The notes under the pieces were generated by a model that was not told the DNA's origin, made no database searches, and saw only the letters and a list, made by a program, of their open reading frames with translations. This document shows positions 1-10,460 of a stretch of DNA of 64,000 nucleotides, piece by piece. The position numbers were made by a program, and so were the translations under genes. Within the stretch, counting starts at the first letter, position 1; each line of letters begins with the position of its first letter. The DNA comes from Bacteroidota bacterium (lineage in GTDB: Bacteria > Bacteroidota > Bacteroidia > Bacteroidales > VadinHA17): assembly GCA_034659275.1 (NCBI GenBank), contig JAYEGY010000122.1:29512-93511 (forward strand). The letters are read 5' to 3'.

Positions 1-1
1 A

Positions 2-247
2 TTGAGCAGGGCCTTAGAAGATTCGGGCACAGTAACCTCTGTGCTTATACCGTGGAACACATGTGGCGCCACACAAGCTGGAGTATTGGGGGTATCAACA
101 TTCACATATGCCCCTTACTGCTTTTTTAATATCATAAGTCCTTTCATGAGTATTTTCATGGCTGCTTTTAATATTAAGATAAGGCGCTTAAGTGATGACA
201 GTGAATCAGGTAATACCCATACTGAAGAAGACAGGCGTGATGTCTGA
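2..247 (+). CDS. NhaC-family Na+/H+ antiporter, C-terminal fragment (5' end lies outside the window)
   Basis: The ORF is open to the window edge. The hydrophobic C-terminus 'IPWNTCGATQAGVLGV..YAPYCFFNIISP' resembles the conserved last TM region of NhaC-type antiporters as I recall it. Confidence 0.5.
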   Translation: MSRALEDSGTVTSVLIPWNTCGATQAGVLGVSTFTYAPYCFFNIISPFMSIFMAAFNIKIRRLSDDSESGNTHTEEDRRDV

Positions 248-252
248 TTATC

Positions 253-2676
253 CTATGCCAGGAAATCGACGTATTTATCAGGCTTAACTTCCCTCATCAT
301 CTCATATACCACATCGAAAATATCCTCTGCCGACGGTTTCGAAAGGTAATCGCCATCTGATGTATATGCCGGCCTGTGTTCACTGGCTGTAAGGGTCCTG
401 GGCATGCTGTCGAGCCAGTACCAGCCTTTTTGCTTTTCCAGAACCTGTTGCATCATGAATCCGGTGGTCCCGCCGGGGACATCCTCATCAAGGAAGAGTA
501 TCTTACCTGTTTTCTTCAATGAGTCTATTATTATTCCATTAATATCAAAGGGCAATAATGTTTGCACATCAACCAGTTCGACACTTATATCATGTTTCCT
601 GAGCTGTTCTATTGCTTCCATTGCTATCTTCAGGGTAGATCCGTAAGATAAGACGGTAATATCACTGCCTTCAGAGATTATTTCGGGCACCCCCAGGGGA
701 ATTCTGTATTCGCCGATATTATCAGGACGCTTTCCCCTGAGTCGGTAACCGTTCAGTGGCTCTATCACTATTCCCGGATCATCAGCTTCCAGCAGGGTAT
801 TATAGAAACCTGCCGCCCTGGTCATATCGCGTGGCACGCAAACATATACTCCTCTTACTGAATTTATAAGCATTGCCAGGGGCGAGCCGCTATGCCATAT
901 TCCTTCAAGCCTGTGCCCCCTTGTACTTATAATAAGAGGAGCAACCATATTACCGGTGGTACGATAGTGTGTTGTAGCCACATCATCACTCAGTCCCTGT
1001 ATGGCATACAAGAGGTAATCGAGGTACTGTATTTCGGCTATGGGTCTTAATCCGCGCAGGGCCAAACCCAATCCCTGGCCAAGTATTGTTGCCTCCCTGA
1101 TACCTGTATCTGTTACTCTCAGCTCACCGAATTTTGATTGCAGGCCTTCGTAACTCTGGTTCACTCCACCTATTTTACCTGCATCTTCACCGAAGCTAAG
1201 GAGGAGGGGGTTCTTTGAGAACTGAACATCATAGTTATCCCTCAATATTTCCCGGCCGGGCACAATGGGTGAATCATCTGAATAAACAGGCTCAACCGGT
1301 TTAACTTTGAGGGCTGATCTTTCAGTCTGGTTATACAGGTATGTATTATATCTCTGGTAACCGTCCTCCCTGTTTCTTTTAAGCCACGCCTGCAGATCAT
1401 TCTTAAGGCTGTTCTTCTTGTTGCAATCGCTGCATACATTACGTATTATCTTTCGTGCAGCAACAAAGTTGTTTTTACGTATAGGATGTATTACCTTTTG
1501 CAGGTCATCAATAATGTTCTCAATAGAATCTTCCTTACCCTTACTGTCGCACCTGCAGTTTTTCTCTTTTACCAGTTTAACAAGGGCATCACGTTCGATT
1601 TTTATAGGTTCCTGGAATGCATTCCATGCCTTTTTCCTGGCTTCTTTCTCCTCCTGATCGGCTTCTTTCTCGATATTATCGAGTTCTTTTTCAGTGGCTA
1701 TTCCCTCTGCCAGTATCCATTCACGCATTTTCTTTATAGGGTCAAAGTCTTTTTCCCACTGTAATCTCTCCTCATCTTTATATCTCTCATGTGATCCCGA
1801 TGTTGAATGGCCCAGTGGCTGTGTTACTTCATCAATATGAAAAACAACGGGTACATGGTTGCGCCGTGACATGGCAACACCTTTTTCATACATTTCCAGA
1901 AGGCCGGGATAGTCCCATCCCCTGCCTTTGAATATTCGTATTCCCTCGCCTTTTTTCCTGCTCTCAAAGCCTTTGAGTATTTCTGATATACTATTTTTTG
2001 TGGTCTGGTACTTTTTAGGCACTGATATTCCATACCCGTCATCCCATACGGATAATGCCATTGGCACCTGCAGCACTCCTGCCGCATTCACTGTTTCCCA
2101 GAAAAGTCCCTCCGAGGTACTTGCATCACCTATGGAACCAAAAGCCACTTCATTCCCATTTACTGACAGGTTCTTAAATTTTTTTAGTTCCGTGTTTTGC
2201 CTGAACAGTTTTGATGCATATGCAAGCCCGAGCAACCTGGGCATCTGGCCTGCCGTTGGTGATATATCGGCAGATGAATTCTTCAATTTTGCCAGCTCTT
2301 TCCAGCTGCCGTCACTGTTGATATTAGGTGTGGAAAAATGATTATTGAACATCCTGCCTCCGTTACCGGGGTTCAGTTCCTTATCGGTATTACCGTATAG
2401 CTGATGGAAAAATCCTTCTGCATCAAAAAGACCCATGGCCATCATCCAGGTCTGGTCCCGGTAATAACCTGACCTCCAGTCACCTTCCTTAAACTGCTTT
2501 GCCAGTGCTATCTGTGCTATTTCCTTACCATCACCAAAGATCCCGAATTTGGCTTTTCCCGATAAGACTTCGCGCCGCCCGACTACGCTCAACTTACGGC
2601 TGAGATTCGCAAGTTTATAGTCTGATAATACTTCTTTACTGTCAAACTTCCTTTGATTTTTCTCCTGTTTTTTCAT
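253..2676 (-). CDS. 2-oxoacid (branched-chain type) dehydrogenase E1 component, fused alpha/beta subunits
   Basis: 807-aa ORF. The N-terminal half has a TPP-binding E1-alpha pattern ('GDASTSEG', 'WDDGYGISVP'). The C-terminal half is E1-beta/transketolase-like ('DTGIREATILGQGLGLALRGLRPIAEIQYLDY'). Confidence 0.8.
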   Translation of the reverse strand: MKKQEKNQRKFDSKEVLSDYKLANLSRKLSVVGRREVLSGKAKFGIFGDGKEIAQIALAKQFKEGDWRSGYYRDQTWMMAMGLFDAEGFFHQLYGNTDKELNPGNGGRMFNNHFSTPNINSDGSWKELAKLKNSSADISPTAGQMPRLLGLAYASKLFRQNTELKKFKNLSVNGNEVAFGSIGDASTSEGLFWETVNAAGVLQVPMALSVWDDGYGISVPKKYQTTKNSISEILKGFESRKKGEGIRIFKGRGWDYPGLLEMYEKGVAMSRRNHVPVVFHIDEVTQPLGHSTSGSHERYKDEERLQWEKDFDPIKKMREWILAEGIATEKELDNIEKEADQEEKEARKKAWNAFQEPIKIERDALVKLVKEKNCRCDSKGKEDSIENIIDDLQKVIHPIRKNNFVAARKIIRNVCSDCNKKNSLKNDLQAWLKRNREDGYQRYNTYLYNQTERSALKVKPVEPVYSDDSPIVPGREILRDNYDVQFSKNPLLLSFGEDAGKIGGVNQSYEGLQSKFGELRVTDTGIREATILGQGLGLALRGLRPIAEIQYLDYLLYAIQGLSDDVATTHYRTTGNMVAPLIISTRGHRLEGIWHSGSPLAMLINSVRGVYVCVPRDMTRAAGFYNTLLEADDPGIVIEPLNGYRLRGKRPDNIGEYRIPLGVPEIISEGSDITVLSYGSTLKIAMEAIEQLRKHDISVELVDVQTLLPFDINGIIIDSLKKTGKILFLDEDVPGGTTGFMMQQVLEKQKGWYWLDSMPRTLTASEHRPAYTSDGDYLSKPSAEDIFDVVYEMMREVKPDKYVDFLA

Positions 2677-2844
2677 TACTGATTATTTATTCAGTTTTGG
2701 CAGTTAATCCTCTTAAACCAATTCTGCAATAAGCATTATAACAGCAAAAGGATTAGCCCTGATTATCATTTTATAAAAGTCTTTTATCTACTAAACAAAA
2801 ATAATCACCTCTTGTTTTAACACAGAGATTCAAATTGTTTTTAT

Positions 2845-2852
2845 TAAATTTG
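2845..2852 (+). promoter_or_regulatory. Candidate Bacteroidota -7 box (TAAATTTG) for the small ORF
   Basis: Matches the TAnnTTTG consensus 30 nt upstream of ATG 2882. It overlaps a 9-bp hairpin (2828-2836 / 2847-2855). Confidence 0.3.
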
Positions 2853-2881
2853 AATTTGATATAAGATGAAGGGAGTTAAGG

Positions 2882-3106
2882 ATGTTTATTAAACTATTAT
2901 TTTTAAGCCTCATACTTGTTGCAATAGCCTTGGTGGCTTTGGGTATTAAGGTCATATTCAGTAAGGCCGGCCGTTTCCCTGAAACCCATGTAGGACGCAA
3001 CAAGGAGATGGCCAGGCGAGGCATCAAATGTGCCCAGAGCATTGATGTCGGTTGTCATTCCACTGATGATTTTCCTGGGTGTTGTACGTGCAGGGACATA
3101 AAGTAG
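2882..3106 (+). CDS. Small single-pass Cys-rich membrane protein, possibly an NqrM-like maturation factor
   Basis: 74 aa with an N-terminal TM helix 'LLFLSLILVAIALVALGI' and a tail carrying 5 Cys ('KCAQSIDVGCHSTDDFPGCCTC'). It lies next to apbE and the nqr operon. Confidence 0.45.
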   Translation: MFIKLLFLSLILVAIALVALGIKVIFSKAGRFPETHVGRNKEMARRGIKCAQSIDVGCHSTDDFPGCCTCRDIK

Positions 3107-4120
3107 TCATTCAGAGAGGTAATCAATCATTCCATCCGTAAACCACGTTTTAAAATCTCCCTCTTCGCCGCAATATACCAGGTAAGCCTCGAGGCCCCCG
3201 ATTTTTTTTATCAATTCTTTTGATTCTTCCAGTCCTACCACCATGCATGCCGTAGCCAGGGCATCAGCCGTAATGCAATCATCAGTAATAATGGTAGCGC
3301 TCAATAACTTATGTCGCACAGGGTAGCCTGTTTTCGGGTCAATGGTATGTGAATACTTGATCCCATCTTCAATATAATATTTCCTGTAATTACCCGAGGT
3401 TGCCAGGGCTTTATCCACCAGCTTAATATCAGCCTGCCTGTAGAGGCCCGGTGTAATATTACCGTCGCTTGGTTTATCCAGCCCTATTATCCACGGCCTG
3501 CCACCAGGTTTTGTACCCCTGGTCCGCACTTCGCCGCCTACTTCCACAAGGTAGCTGGTGAGCCCTCTGGATGCAAGGCAAGCGGATATCAGGTCCACGG
3601 TATACCCCTGGGCTATAGCATTAACATCCAGGCACATATCCAGATCACTCTTAACCACTATACCATCTATAATCTTTATTTTATCCATTCCCACCAGTTC
3701 CATGAGCCTGTCCTTGATGCTTTCATTAAATCTTTTTGTTGCATCAGGCCCGAATCCCCAGGCATTAATGAGGGGTGCAACAGTTATATCAAAGGCTCCA
3801 TCGGTAAGGGCCCATATCTCGTAAGATTTATTAAAAACATTAATAAACATTGTATCCAGAACAACATCCTCGTTTTTGTTGACCATTGAAATCACTGATC
3901 CGGGGTTATAAGTTGACAATGAATTATCGATTGCTTCAAGCAGGTTACTTATGTCATCACTCACTTCTTTTTCGTCACTGCTCCTGATGTCGTACCAGAT
4001 AACAGAATAACTGGTACCCTGGGTCAGCCCCTGGATTTTGTATTCGACTTTTTTATCTGTCTGACAAGACGATAGAGCAGCAATTATAAATAATCCCAAT
4101 AAAAAATACCTTTTAGCCAT
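3107..4120 (-). CDS. apbE: FAD:protein FMN transferase ApbE (lipoprotein)
   Basis: 337 aa with lipobox 'ALSSC' and ApbE-like blocks ('FDITVAPL', 'IAQGYTVD', 'GGEV', 'ATSGNY..'). It sits immediately downstream of nqrF. Confidence 0.85.
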   Translation of the reverse strand: MAKRYFLLGLFIIAALSSCQTDKKVEYKIQGLTQGTSYSVIWYDIRSSDEKEVSDDISNLLEAIDNSLSTYNPGSVISMVNKNEDVVLDTMFINVFNKSYEIWALTDGAFDITVAPLINAWGFGPDATKRFNESIKDRLMELVGMDKIKIIDGIVVKSDLDMCLDVNAIAQGYTVDLISACLASRGLTSYLVEVGGEVRTRGTKPGGRPWIIGLDKPSDGNITPGLYRQADIKLVDKALATSGNYRKYYIEDGIKYSHTIDPKTGYPVRHKLLSATIITDDCITADALATACMVVGLEESKELIKKIGGLEAYLVYCGEEGDFKTWFTDGMIDYLSE

Positions 4121-4326
4121 CTTCCTGTAATTTATTCATTTCGAAAATAATTAATATCTGAAAGAATAGGAAATTTACTTTCCTGTAAAAAAAACCTGCT
4201 TTCATGGATTAATTAACGTGGTTCGCCAAAAAGATATTTTATAAAAGAAATAAAATAATAGATTTGTAAATGAAGAAGATATGTTTTCATATTCCCCTTT
4301 CCCCCTATCTTCAAAGGATAAGAAAA

Positions 4327-4361
4327 GAGGAGGGCTGTTACCAAAACGGCCCTCTTTTTTT
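4327..4361 (-). terminator. Hairpin terminator after nqrF (bidirectional-looking)
   Basis: GAGGGC (4330-4335) pairs with GCCCTC (4349-4354). The hairpin has T-runs on both strands. Confidence 0.55.
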
Positions 4362-4392
4362 ATGTATCATCTCATCTACTCATCTACGGGTT

Positions 4393-5646
4393 TTAACCGC
4401 CGAAGTCATCAAAGGCTACATTCTCATCAGGGACACCCAGGTTATACAGCAATTTCAGTACTGCATCGTTCATCAGTGGCGGGCCGCACAGATAATATTC
4501 TATTTCCTCGGGTTCCTCCAGTTTGCTGAGATATTCATCATATAATACCTGATGGATGAAACCTGTATAACCTTTCCAGTTATCCTCGGGCAGGGGTTCA
4601 GAAAGGGACAGGTTAAATGTAAAGTTTGAAAAATTCTTTTCTATTTCCCTGAATTCCTCTTCATAGAATATCTCTCGACGTGACCGGGCCCCATACCAGT
4701 AAGATACTTTACGCTTTGTTTTAAGTGTACGGAAAAGATGGAAAATATGGGACCTCAGTGGTGCCATACCTGCTCCGCCACCAATATAAACCATTTCGTT
4801 ATCTGTATCTTTAAGGTGGAAATCGCCGTAGGGGCCTGATATATTGACTTTATCGCCCGGCTTACGTGTAAAAATATATGATGAGCATAAGCCCGGTGGA
4901 ACATTCATAAACTGCTTCCTTTTCCTGTCCCACGGAGGGGTTGCAATACGTACATTAAGCATAATGATATTCCCTTCGGCAGGGTGGTTCGCCATTGAAT
5001 ATGCCCGCATTGTTTCCTCTGAATTCTTAGTGCTGAGGTCCCACATGTTAAATTTATCCCATTCGTCCCTGAATTCTTCTTCGACATCAATATCTTTAAA
5101 TGATATATCAAACTTCGGGACATCCACCTGGACATATTCTCCCGGTCTGAAGTCCATTGTTTCATCTTCAGGCAGCTTTACAACGAATTCCTTTATAAAT
5201 GTTGCCACATTTTTATTGGACACCACTTCACATTCCCACTTCTTAATACCAAAAACTTCCTCCGGCACATGGATAACCATATCTTCCCGCACCTTTACCT
5301 GGCAACTCAGGCGCCAGTTATTCTGTTGTTCTTTACGGGTGAAAAAACCTGTTTCAGTGGGCAGTATTGAGCCTCCTCCTTCAAATATCTGGCATCTACA
5401 TTGCCCGCAGGTACCACCACCGCCGCATGCTGAGGGCAGGAATATGTCATTATTCGACAATGTTGTCATCAGGTTATTACCGGGGGATACAGTCAATTCC
5501 TTATCGTTTACCTGCAGATGAACGTCGCCCTGTGGCACCAGTTTTTTTCTTGCATACAAGAGTATCATAACAAGTAACAATATCACCACCAGGAATATCA
5601 GTATACTTATTCCGATAATTACTATTGTGGAGGTAGCTAATATCAT
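4393..5646 (-). CDS. nqrF: Na+-translocating NADH:quinone oxidoreductase subunit F
   Basis: N-terminal TM helix, a 2Fe-2S ferredoxin motif '[12 protein letters not shown]', and an FAD/NAD-binding domain ('RAYSMAN', 'GGGAGMAP'). Confidence 0.95.
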   Translation of the reverse strand: MILATSTIVIIGISILIFLVVILLLVMILLYARKKLVPQGDVHLQVNDKELTVSPGNNLMTTLSNNDIFLPSACGGGGTCGQCRCQIFEGGGSILPTETGFFTRKEQQNNWRLSCQVKVREDMVIHVPEEVFGIKKWECEVVSNKNVATFIKEFVVKLPEDETMDFRPGEYVQVDVPKFDISFKDIDVEEEFRDEWDKFNMWDLSTKNSEETMRAYSMANHPAEGNIIMLNVRIATPPWDRKRKQFMNVPPGLCSSYIFTRKPGDKVNISGPYGDFHLKDTDNEMVYIGGGAGMAPLRSHIFHLFRTLKTKRKVSYWYGARSRREIFYEEEFREIEKNFSNFTFNLSLSEPLPEDNWKGYTGFIHQVLYDEYLSKLEEPEEIEYYLCGPPLMNDAVLKLLYNLGVPDENVAFDDFGG

Positions 5647-5657
5647 AATTATGTAAT

Positions 5658-6275
5658 TTACAGTTTAATACCCATGAAGCTCATGAATGCTATACCCATA
5701 AGCCCGGTAATAATAAATGTTATTCCCAGTCCTCTCAGTGGTGCCGGCACATTAGAATATTGTATTTTTTCCCTTATTGCTGCAATACCTGCTATGGCAA
5801 GCAGGAAGCCCACCCCTGATCCAAATCCGAATACCGTTGCTTCCGCGAGGTTTGTATATTCTCTTTCGACCATAAACAGTGAACCTCCAAGTATTGCGCA
5901 GTTTACGGCAATAAGCGGCAGGAATATACCAAGTGATGCATAGAGGGCGGGGCTGAATTTCTCAACAACCATCTCCACAAGTTGGACCATTGAAGCGATG
6001 ACAGCTATGAACATGATAAATGTGAGGAAGCTAAGGTCAATATCTGCAAAGGACTGGCTCAACCAGGTAAGGGCGCCTTCTTTCAGCAGGTAATTATGAA
6101 TAAGATAATTCACGGGAACTGTTATGGTAAGCACGAATACCACTGCCATACCGAGCCCGACCGAGGTCTTCACTGTTTTCGACACTGCCAGGTATGAACA
6201 CATACCAAGGAAATATGCAAAGACCATATTGTCTATAAAGACCGATCTTACAAAGATATCAACGAGATTTTCCAT
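5658..6275 (-). CDS. nqrE: Na+-NQR subunit E
   Basis: 205-aa polytopic membrane protein of the RnfA/NqrE type, in the expected operon position. Confidence 0.9.
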   Translation of the reverse strand: MENLVDIFVRSVFIDNMVFAYFLGMCSYLAVSKTVKTSVGLGMAVVFVLTITVPVNYLIHNYLLKEGALTWLSQSFADIDLSFLTFIMFIAVIASMVQLVEMVVEKFSPALYASLGIFLPLIAVNCAILGGSLFMVEREYTNLAEATVFGFGSGVGFLLAIAGIAAIREKIQYSNVPAPLRGLGITFIITGLMGIAFMSFMGIKL

Positions 6276-6286
6276 AATTCCGGTTT

Positions 6287-6943
6287 TTAACTTTTATTAA
6301 TCAGATCTCTGTTCCTTGTTCGCTGTACCCAAATAATTATTCCCACGGTGATCAGTGCCATGGGAGGCAGGATCATGAAACCATTATTTTCATAACCCAG
6401 TTCATATACTCCTATTTTCTCCATTACCGGGTATCCGAAAACCGTACCTGATCCAAGAAACTCCCTGAAGAAGCCGACTATAATGAGTATCAATCCATAT
6501 CCTGCAGCGTTTCCCAGGCCGTCGAGGAATGCTTCCCAGGGTTTATTGGCCATGGCAAAGGCTTCGAGCCTTCCCATTATTATACAATTAGTAATGATGA
6601 GGCCCACGAATACCGAAAGCTGTTTACTCACTTCATAGGCAAATGCTTTAAGTACCTGGTCGACGAGGATAACCATCATTGCTATTACGACCAGCTGGAA
6701 GATAATTCGTATCCTGGGGGGAATTGATTTCCTGAATAAGGACACTATAACATTTGAGGCTGCAAGTACCACTACAACTGATATAGCCATTACAACTGAC
6801 GGTCTCAGTTTGACCGTCACTGCCAGGACAGAGCATATCCCCAGTACCTGGACTGTTACCGGGTTATTTTCACCGAGCGGCTCTCTCAGCAGTCTCAGAT
6901 TTTTGGCTGAGAACAAAGGTTCTCTTTCTTTATTATTGCTCAT
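6287..6943 (-). CDS. nqrD: Na+-NQR subunit D
   Basis: 218-aa polytopic membrane protein of the RnfE/NqrD type, in the expected operon position. Confidence 0.9.
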   Translation of the reverse strand: MSNNKEREPLFSAKNLRLLREPLGENNPVTVQVLGICSVLAVTVKLRPSVVMAISVVVVLAASNVIVSLFRKSIPPRIRIIFQLVVIAMMVILVDQVLKAFAYEVSKQLSVFVGLIITNCIIMGRLEAFAMANKPWEAFLDGLGNAAGYGLILIIVGFFREFLGSGTVFGYPVMEKIGVYELGYENNGFMILPPMALITVGIIIWVQRTRNRDLINKS

Positions 6944-6946
6944 ATC

Positions 6947-7648
6947 TTATTCATTATTTTTTCCCAGGAATTCAACATATTTAACCAGGCAGTCATAAAT
7001 CATTGATTCAAGCCCTTTACTTGTAATGGTACCACCTGATATTGCATCTACGGCATGGGGGTCATCTTCTTCCGCACCTCCTTTCTGCACTGTTATACTT
7101 ACGAAATCCCCATTCTCAAAAAGTTTCTTATCCTCAAATTGTTCTTCAAACCAGCTCTCATTAATTTCAGCACCCAGCCCCGGTGTTTCCGACTTATGGT
7201 CGAATGTGACACCGTTTATTGTCCTAAGGTCTTCATTAAGAGAAATATAACCATATATGGGACCCCAGAGCCCCTTACCCTCGAGAGGCATTATATAGCT
7301 GTTGCTTCCGTCTTCCATACTGGCGACAAACACAGGCAAGACCTGTTCTTCGACTGGTTTTTTCTGTTCTTTCCTGACATCCACATTAAAAGGATCAACA
7401 TTCTCTACTCTCTCCGCATCATTGTTAATTGCAAAGGACTCGGTAATATATTTATCATAGAGGTTTTCAGCATTATCTTCTGTAGTTTCCACACCCACAG
7501 ATGCCAGGATATTACGTTTCTTCTCTATTTCTGCATTTTTCTCCTTTAGGGGTTGAAGGAGGAGGGCAGCTGAAGAGAGTATTAAAGCGACAATGGCAAC
7601 CATTGCTGCCGCGAAGATGAATATATAAGTGTTACTGAATTGTTTCAT
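6947..7648 (-). CDS. nqrC: Na+-NQR subunit C
   Basis: 233 aa with one TM helix and the FMN-attachment motif 'SGGTITS'. Confidence 0.9.
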   Translation of the reverse strand: MKQFSNTYIFIFAAAMVAIVALILSSAALLLQPLKEKNAEIEKKRNILASVGVETTEDNAENLYDKYITESFAINNDAERVENVDPFNVDVRKEQKKPVEEQVLPVFVASMEDGSNSYIMPLEGKGLWGPIYGYISLNEDLRTINGVTFDHKSETPGLGAEINESWFEEQFEDKKLFENGDFVSITVQKGGAEEDDPHAVDAISGGTITSKGLESMIYDCLVKYVEFLGKNNE

Positions 7649-7660
7649 TGTCGATATCTT

Positions 7661-8818
7661 TTATTTACTTTTTACCCTGTTCAGTCTTCTTTTGATGTTT
7701 GCCTGCACTATATAGTAATCGATCAAAGGGGCAAATACATTCATGAACAGTATAGCCAACATCATTCCTTCGGGGAATGCCGGGTTCAGGACCCTGATAA
7801 GTATTGCAAGTATACCGATAAGCAATCCATATATCCATTTGCCTTTCTCGGTTTGACTGGCGCTCACCGGGTCGGTAGCCATAAATACGGCACCAAAAGC
7901 AAAGCCGCCCATCACAAGGTGGTGCCATGCGGGTATTTCCATGTATGGATTTACTGCAAAAGCATTCATCAACAGCCCCATACCCAGTCCTCCTGCAAAT
8001 ACGCTCAACATTATTTTCCAGCTACCCACCCCGGAAATTACCAGGATAATTGCCCCGATGAGTATTGCTATCGTTGAAGTTTCTCCTATTGATCCCGGTA
8101 TTTTTCCTATAAACATTTCCATTACAGAAGGCATACTGTCAATTTCATACAGTGCGGCCTGTGCCAGTGGTGTGGCTCCTGAAAAAGTATCGGCCACCCC
8201 CTGTCCTTCCACCAGGTTAGCTATCCAGACCTTATCGCCTGACATCCACTGGGGATAGCTAAAGAAGAGGAAGGCTCTTGCCACCAGGGCGGGGTTGAGT
8301 ATATTCATACCGGTACCACCAAAGACCTCTTTACCTATTATTACAGCAAATATCACGGCCAGGGCCAGTTGCCAGAGAGGTACATCCACCGGTACAATAA
8401 GGGGGATTAGCAAGCCCGTGACAAAATATCCTTCGTTTACTTCATGCCCCCTGATCTGTGCAAAAATTATTTCAATGCCCAGTCCCACAATGTAACTCAC
8501 AAGTAAGAGGGGCAGGAATTTAAGGAAGCCAAACCATACCATTTCCCAGAAACCAGCGTCAACATTAATAGACTCGTAATACTGAAAGCCGATATTATAA
8601 ATTCCGAACAGCACCGAAGGTATGAGGGCCATCCACACTGTTATCATCACCCTTTTCATGTCAACACCATCGCGAATATGAGAACCCCTGGATGTTACCC
8701 GGTCAGGCACAAAGATCAATACTTCAATTGCATCAAATAAGGAGTGAAGTTTTTCAAACCTGCCACCTTTTTCAAAATGAGGTTTGATCTTGTCTATTTT
8801 TTTCCTTAGTGCTTTCAT
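7661..8818 (-). CDS. nqrB: Na+-NQR subunit B
   Basis: 385-aa polytopic protein with the flavinylation motif 'FSGATPL'. Confidence 0.9.
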   Translation of the reverse strand: MKALRKKIDKIKPHFEKGGRFEKLHSLFDAIEVLIFVPDRVTSRGSHIRDGVDMKRVMITVWMALIPSVLFGIYNIGFQYYESINVDAGFWEMVWFGFLKFLPLLLVSYIVGLGIEIIFAQIRGHEVNEGYFVTGLLIPLIVPVDVPLWQLALAVIFAVIIGKEVFGGTGMNILNPALVARAFLFFSYPQWMSGDKVWIANLVEGQGVADTFSGATPLAQAALYEIDSMPSVMEMFIGKIPGSIGETSTIAILIGAIILVISGVGSWKIMLSVFAGGLGMGLLMNAFAVNPYMEIPAWHHLVMGGFAFGAVFMATDPVSASQTEKGKWIYGLLIGILAILIRVLNPAFPEGMMLAILFMNVFAPLIDYYIVQANIKRRLNRVKSK

Positions 8819-8841
8819 TATTAAGCTAATAGTTTATTATT

Positions 8842-10191
8842 TTAACTCATCTCCTTAATCATCAGCTCAAGTCCTTTACGGATAATTGACTGCATCTCTA
8901 TTTTGGAAGGGCAGATAAATTCACACAGTGCAAAATCTTCCTCAGCCACCTCGTATATTCCCAGTTGCTCCATTTTATCGATATCATCGACAAGAATGGA
9001 TTTGAGCAATTGCATCGGGTAAATATCCATAGGAAGTACTTTCTCATATTCACCTGTAACAACAAATGGCCTTTCTCCACCATGCATATTTGTATCGAGC
9101 CGGTACTTTTTACCGGGCATCAGCCAGGTAGTGAAAGTACGTGAGAAGCTGAATTTCTTCAATCCCGGTTTGATCCATCCGAAGAACTCGTAGTAATTGC
9201 CTTCGGGAATAACCGTTATTGTTGAATCATAATAGCCTAAGAAGCCGTCGGGTTCAATCTTTTGCCCGGTAAGTACATTACCACTGATATACCTTACATT
9301 GTGGGACAAAATATTGTCTTTTACCATTGTGGATATACTTGCCCCTTTACGGGTACGATAGTACCTGGGTTTTTTTACTTCTGAACCTGTAAGAGCCACT
9401 ATCTTTGAAGGAACATATTTACCTTCGTTAAACAGGCGGCCTATCGATATTATATCCTGCAGGTTAACATACCATACTACTTCACCCTTGTTCACAGGAT
9501 CGAGATGATGTATTTGCACCCCCACATTTCCTGAGGGGTGAGGGCCTGAAAAATAGTTAATAATAACGCCGGGGGTCTTTTTCAGGAGGGCCGAGGTTGA
9601 GTTAGTACTAAGACTGAGGAAAACATCACCGTCAGTAAGTTTCCTCAATATATATATACCGGTAAGGTAATGTTCCCTGGGTAAAAGTCCTATGATATAA
9701 TCAAAGTCGGCTGCGAGTGGAGCGGTATCAAAACCGCTAATAAATATAGACTTGGGAGTATCTTCGGGCCTGGCTACTATATGATAAGGCCTCTGGCGAA
9801 CAGCGGGCCACAAGCCGGATTCAAGCAGTTTATTTTTTATGGTTTTGACGTCCAGTTTTTCAGGATCGCCCTTACCAAAATTTTCATAACCCTCACCTTT
9901 CCTCTCAATCACCACTTCCAGTATCCGGCGGCGTTCCCCCCTTACAATATCACGTACCACGCCGCTCACCGGTGACGTATATTTGATCTTTTCATTCTTT
10001 TTATCAAAGAAGAGTGTTGTGCCTGCCTTGACTTCTGCGCCGGGTTTGACAATCATTTTAGGAACCAGGCCGGGAAAATCAACGGGTTTTACAGCATACC
10101 TGTCGGGGGGTTCTTCAGGTATCAGGATTTTATCCGCCTTACCTTTAATCCTGATGTTCAGCCCTTTGCGTAACTTTATCTGATTGGACAT
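8842..10191 (-). CDS. nqrA: Na+-NQR subunit A
   Basis: 449-aa soluble subunit and first gene of the operon. It has the NqrA-like N-terminus 'KLRKGLNIRIKG'. Confidence 0.9.
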   Translation of the reverse strand: MSNQIKLRKGLNIRIKGKADKILIPEEPPDRYAVKPVDFPGLVPKMIVKPGAEVKAGTTLFFDKKNEKIKYTSPVSGVVRDIVRGERRRILEVVIERKGEGYENFGKGDPEKLDVKTIKNKLLESGLWPAVRQRPYHIVARPEDTPKSIFISGFDTAPLAADFDYIIGLLPREHYLTGIYILRKLTDGDVFLSLSTNSTSALLKKTPGVIINYFSGPHPSGNVGVQIHHLDPVNKGEVVWYVNLQDIISIGRLFNEGKYVPSKIVALTGSEVKKPRYYRTRKGASISTMVKDNILSHNVRYISGNVLTGQKIEPDGFLGYYDSTITVIPEGNYYEFFGWIKPGLKKFSFSRTFTTWLMPGKKYRLDTNMHGGERPFVVTGEYEKVLPMDIYPMQLLKSILVDDIDKMEQLGIYEVAEEDFALCEFICPSKIEMQSIIRKGLELMIKEMS

Positions 10192-10460
10192 AAAGACCTA
10201 TTTATTATTATAAAATAAACCAAAGAAAATAGTTTAATGTTATTTCCTTAACATTAAATAATGACAAATATTATAATTTCCCTCAAAGTGACAAAAATAC
10301 CTTCATCATCAATCCAAGCTCGTGTTTTAAAACATAAAAATATATGATACATCTGGATTTTCATGAAAAAACTTCATTTATAATCGATGGAAGTGAGTTC
10401 CAATTAGTAATAGATACGATTAGTATTTTTTTAGCGTTATAATGAGTACTTTTGGCTTGT

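Noticed and set aside
253-2676. Orphan fused E1 alpha/beta 2-oxoacid dehydrogenase without adjacent E2/E3 genes, considered as a novelty
   Set aside because: As far as I recall, fused ~800-aa E1 genes standing apart from E2/E3 are common in Bacteroidota. Nothing in the sequence looks aberrant.
4844-5521. 225-aa plus-strand ORF, together with many similar 60-165-aa ORFs such as 1928-2341, 7055-7549, 7640-8077, 35904-36344 and 42181-42636
   Set aside because: They lie entirely antisense to, or out of frame within, confidently identified genes (nqrF, E1, nqrC/B, the ATP-grasp genes, korB). They have low-complexity, Ser/Leu/Cys-rich composition typical of shadow ORFs.
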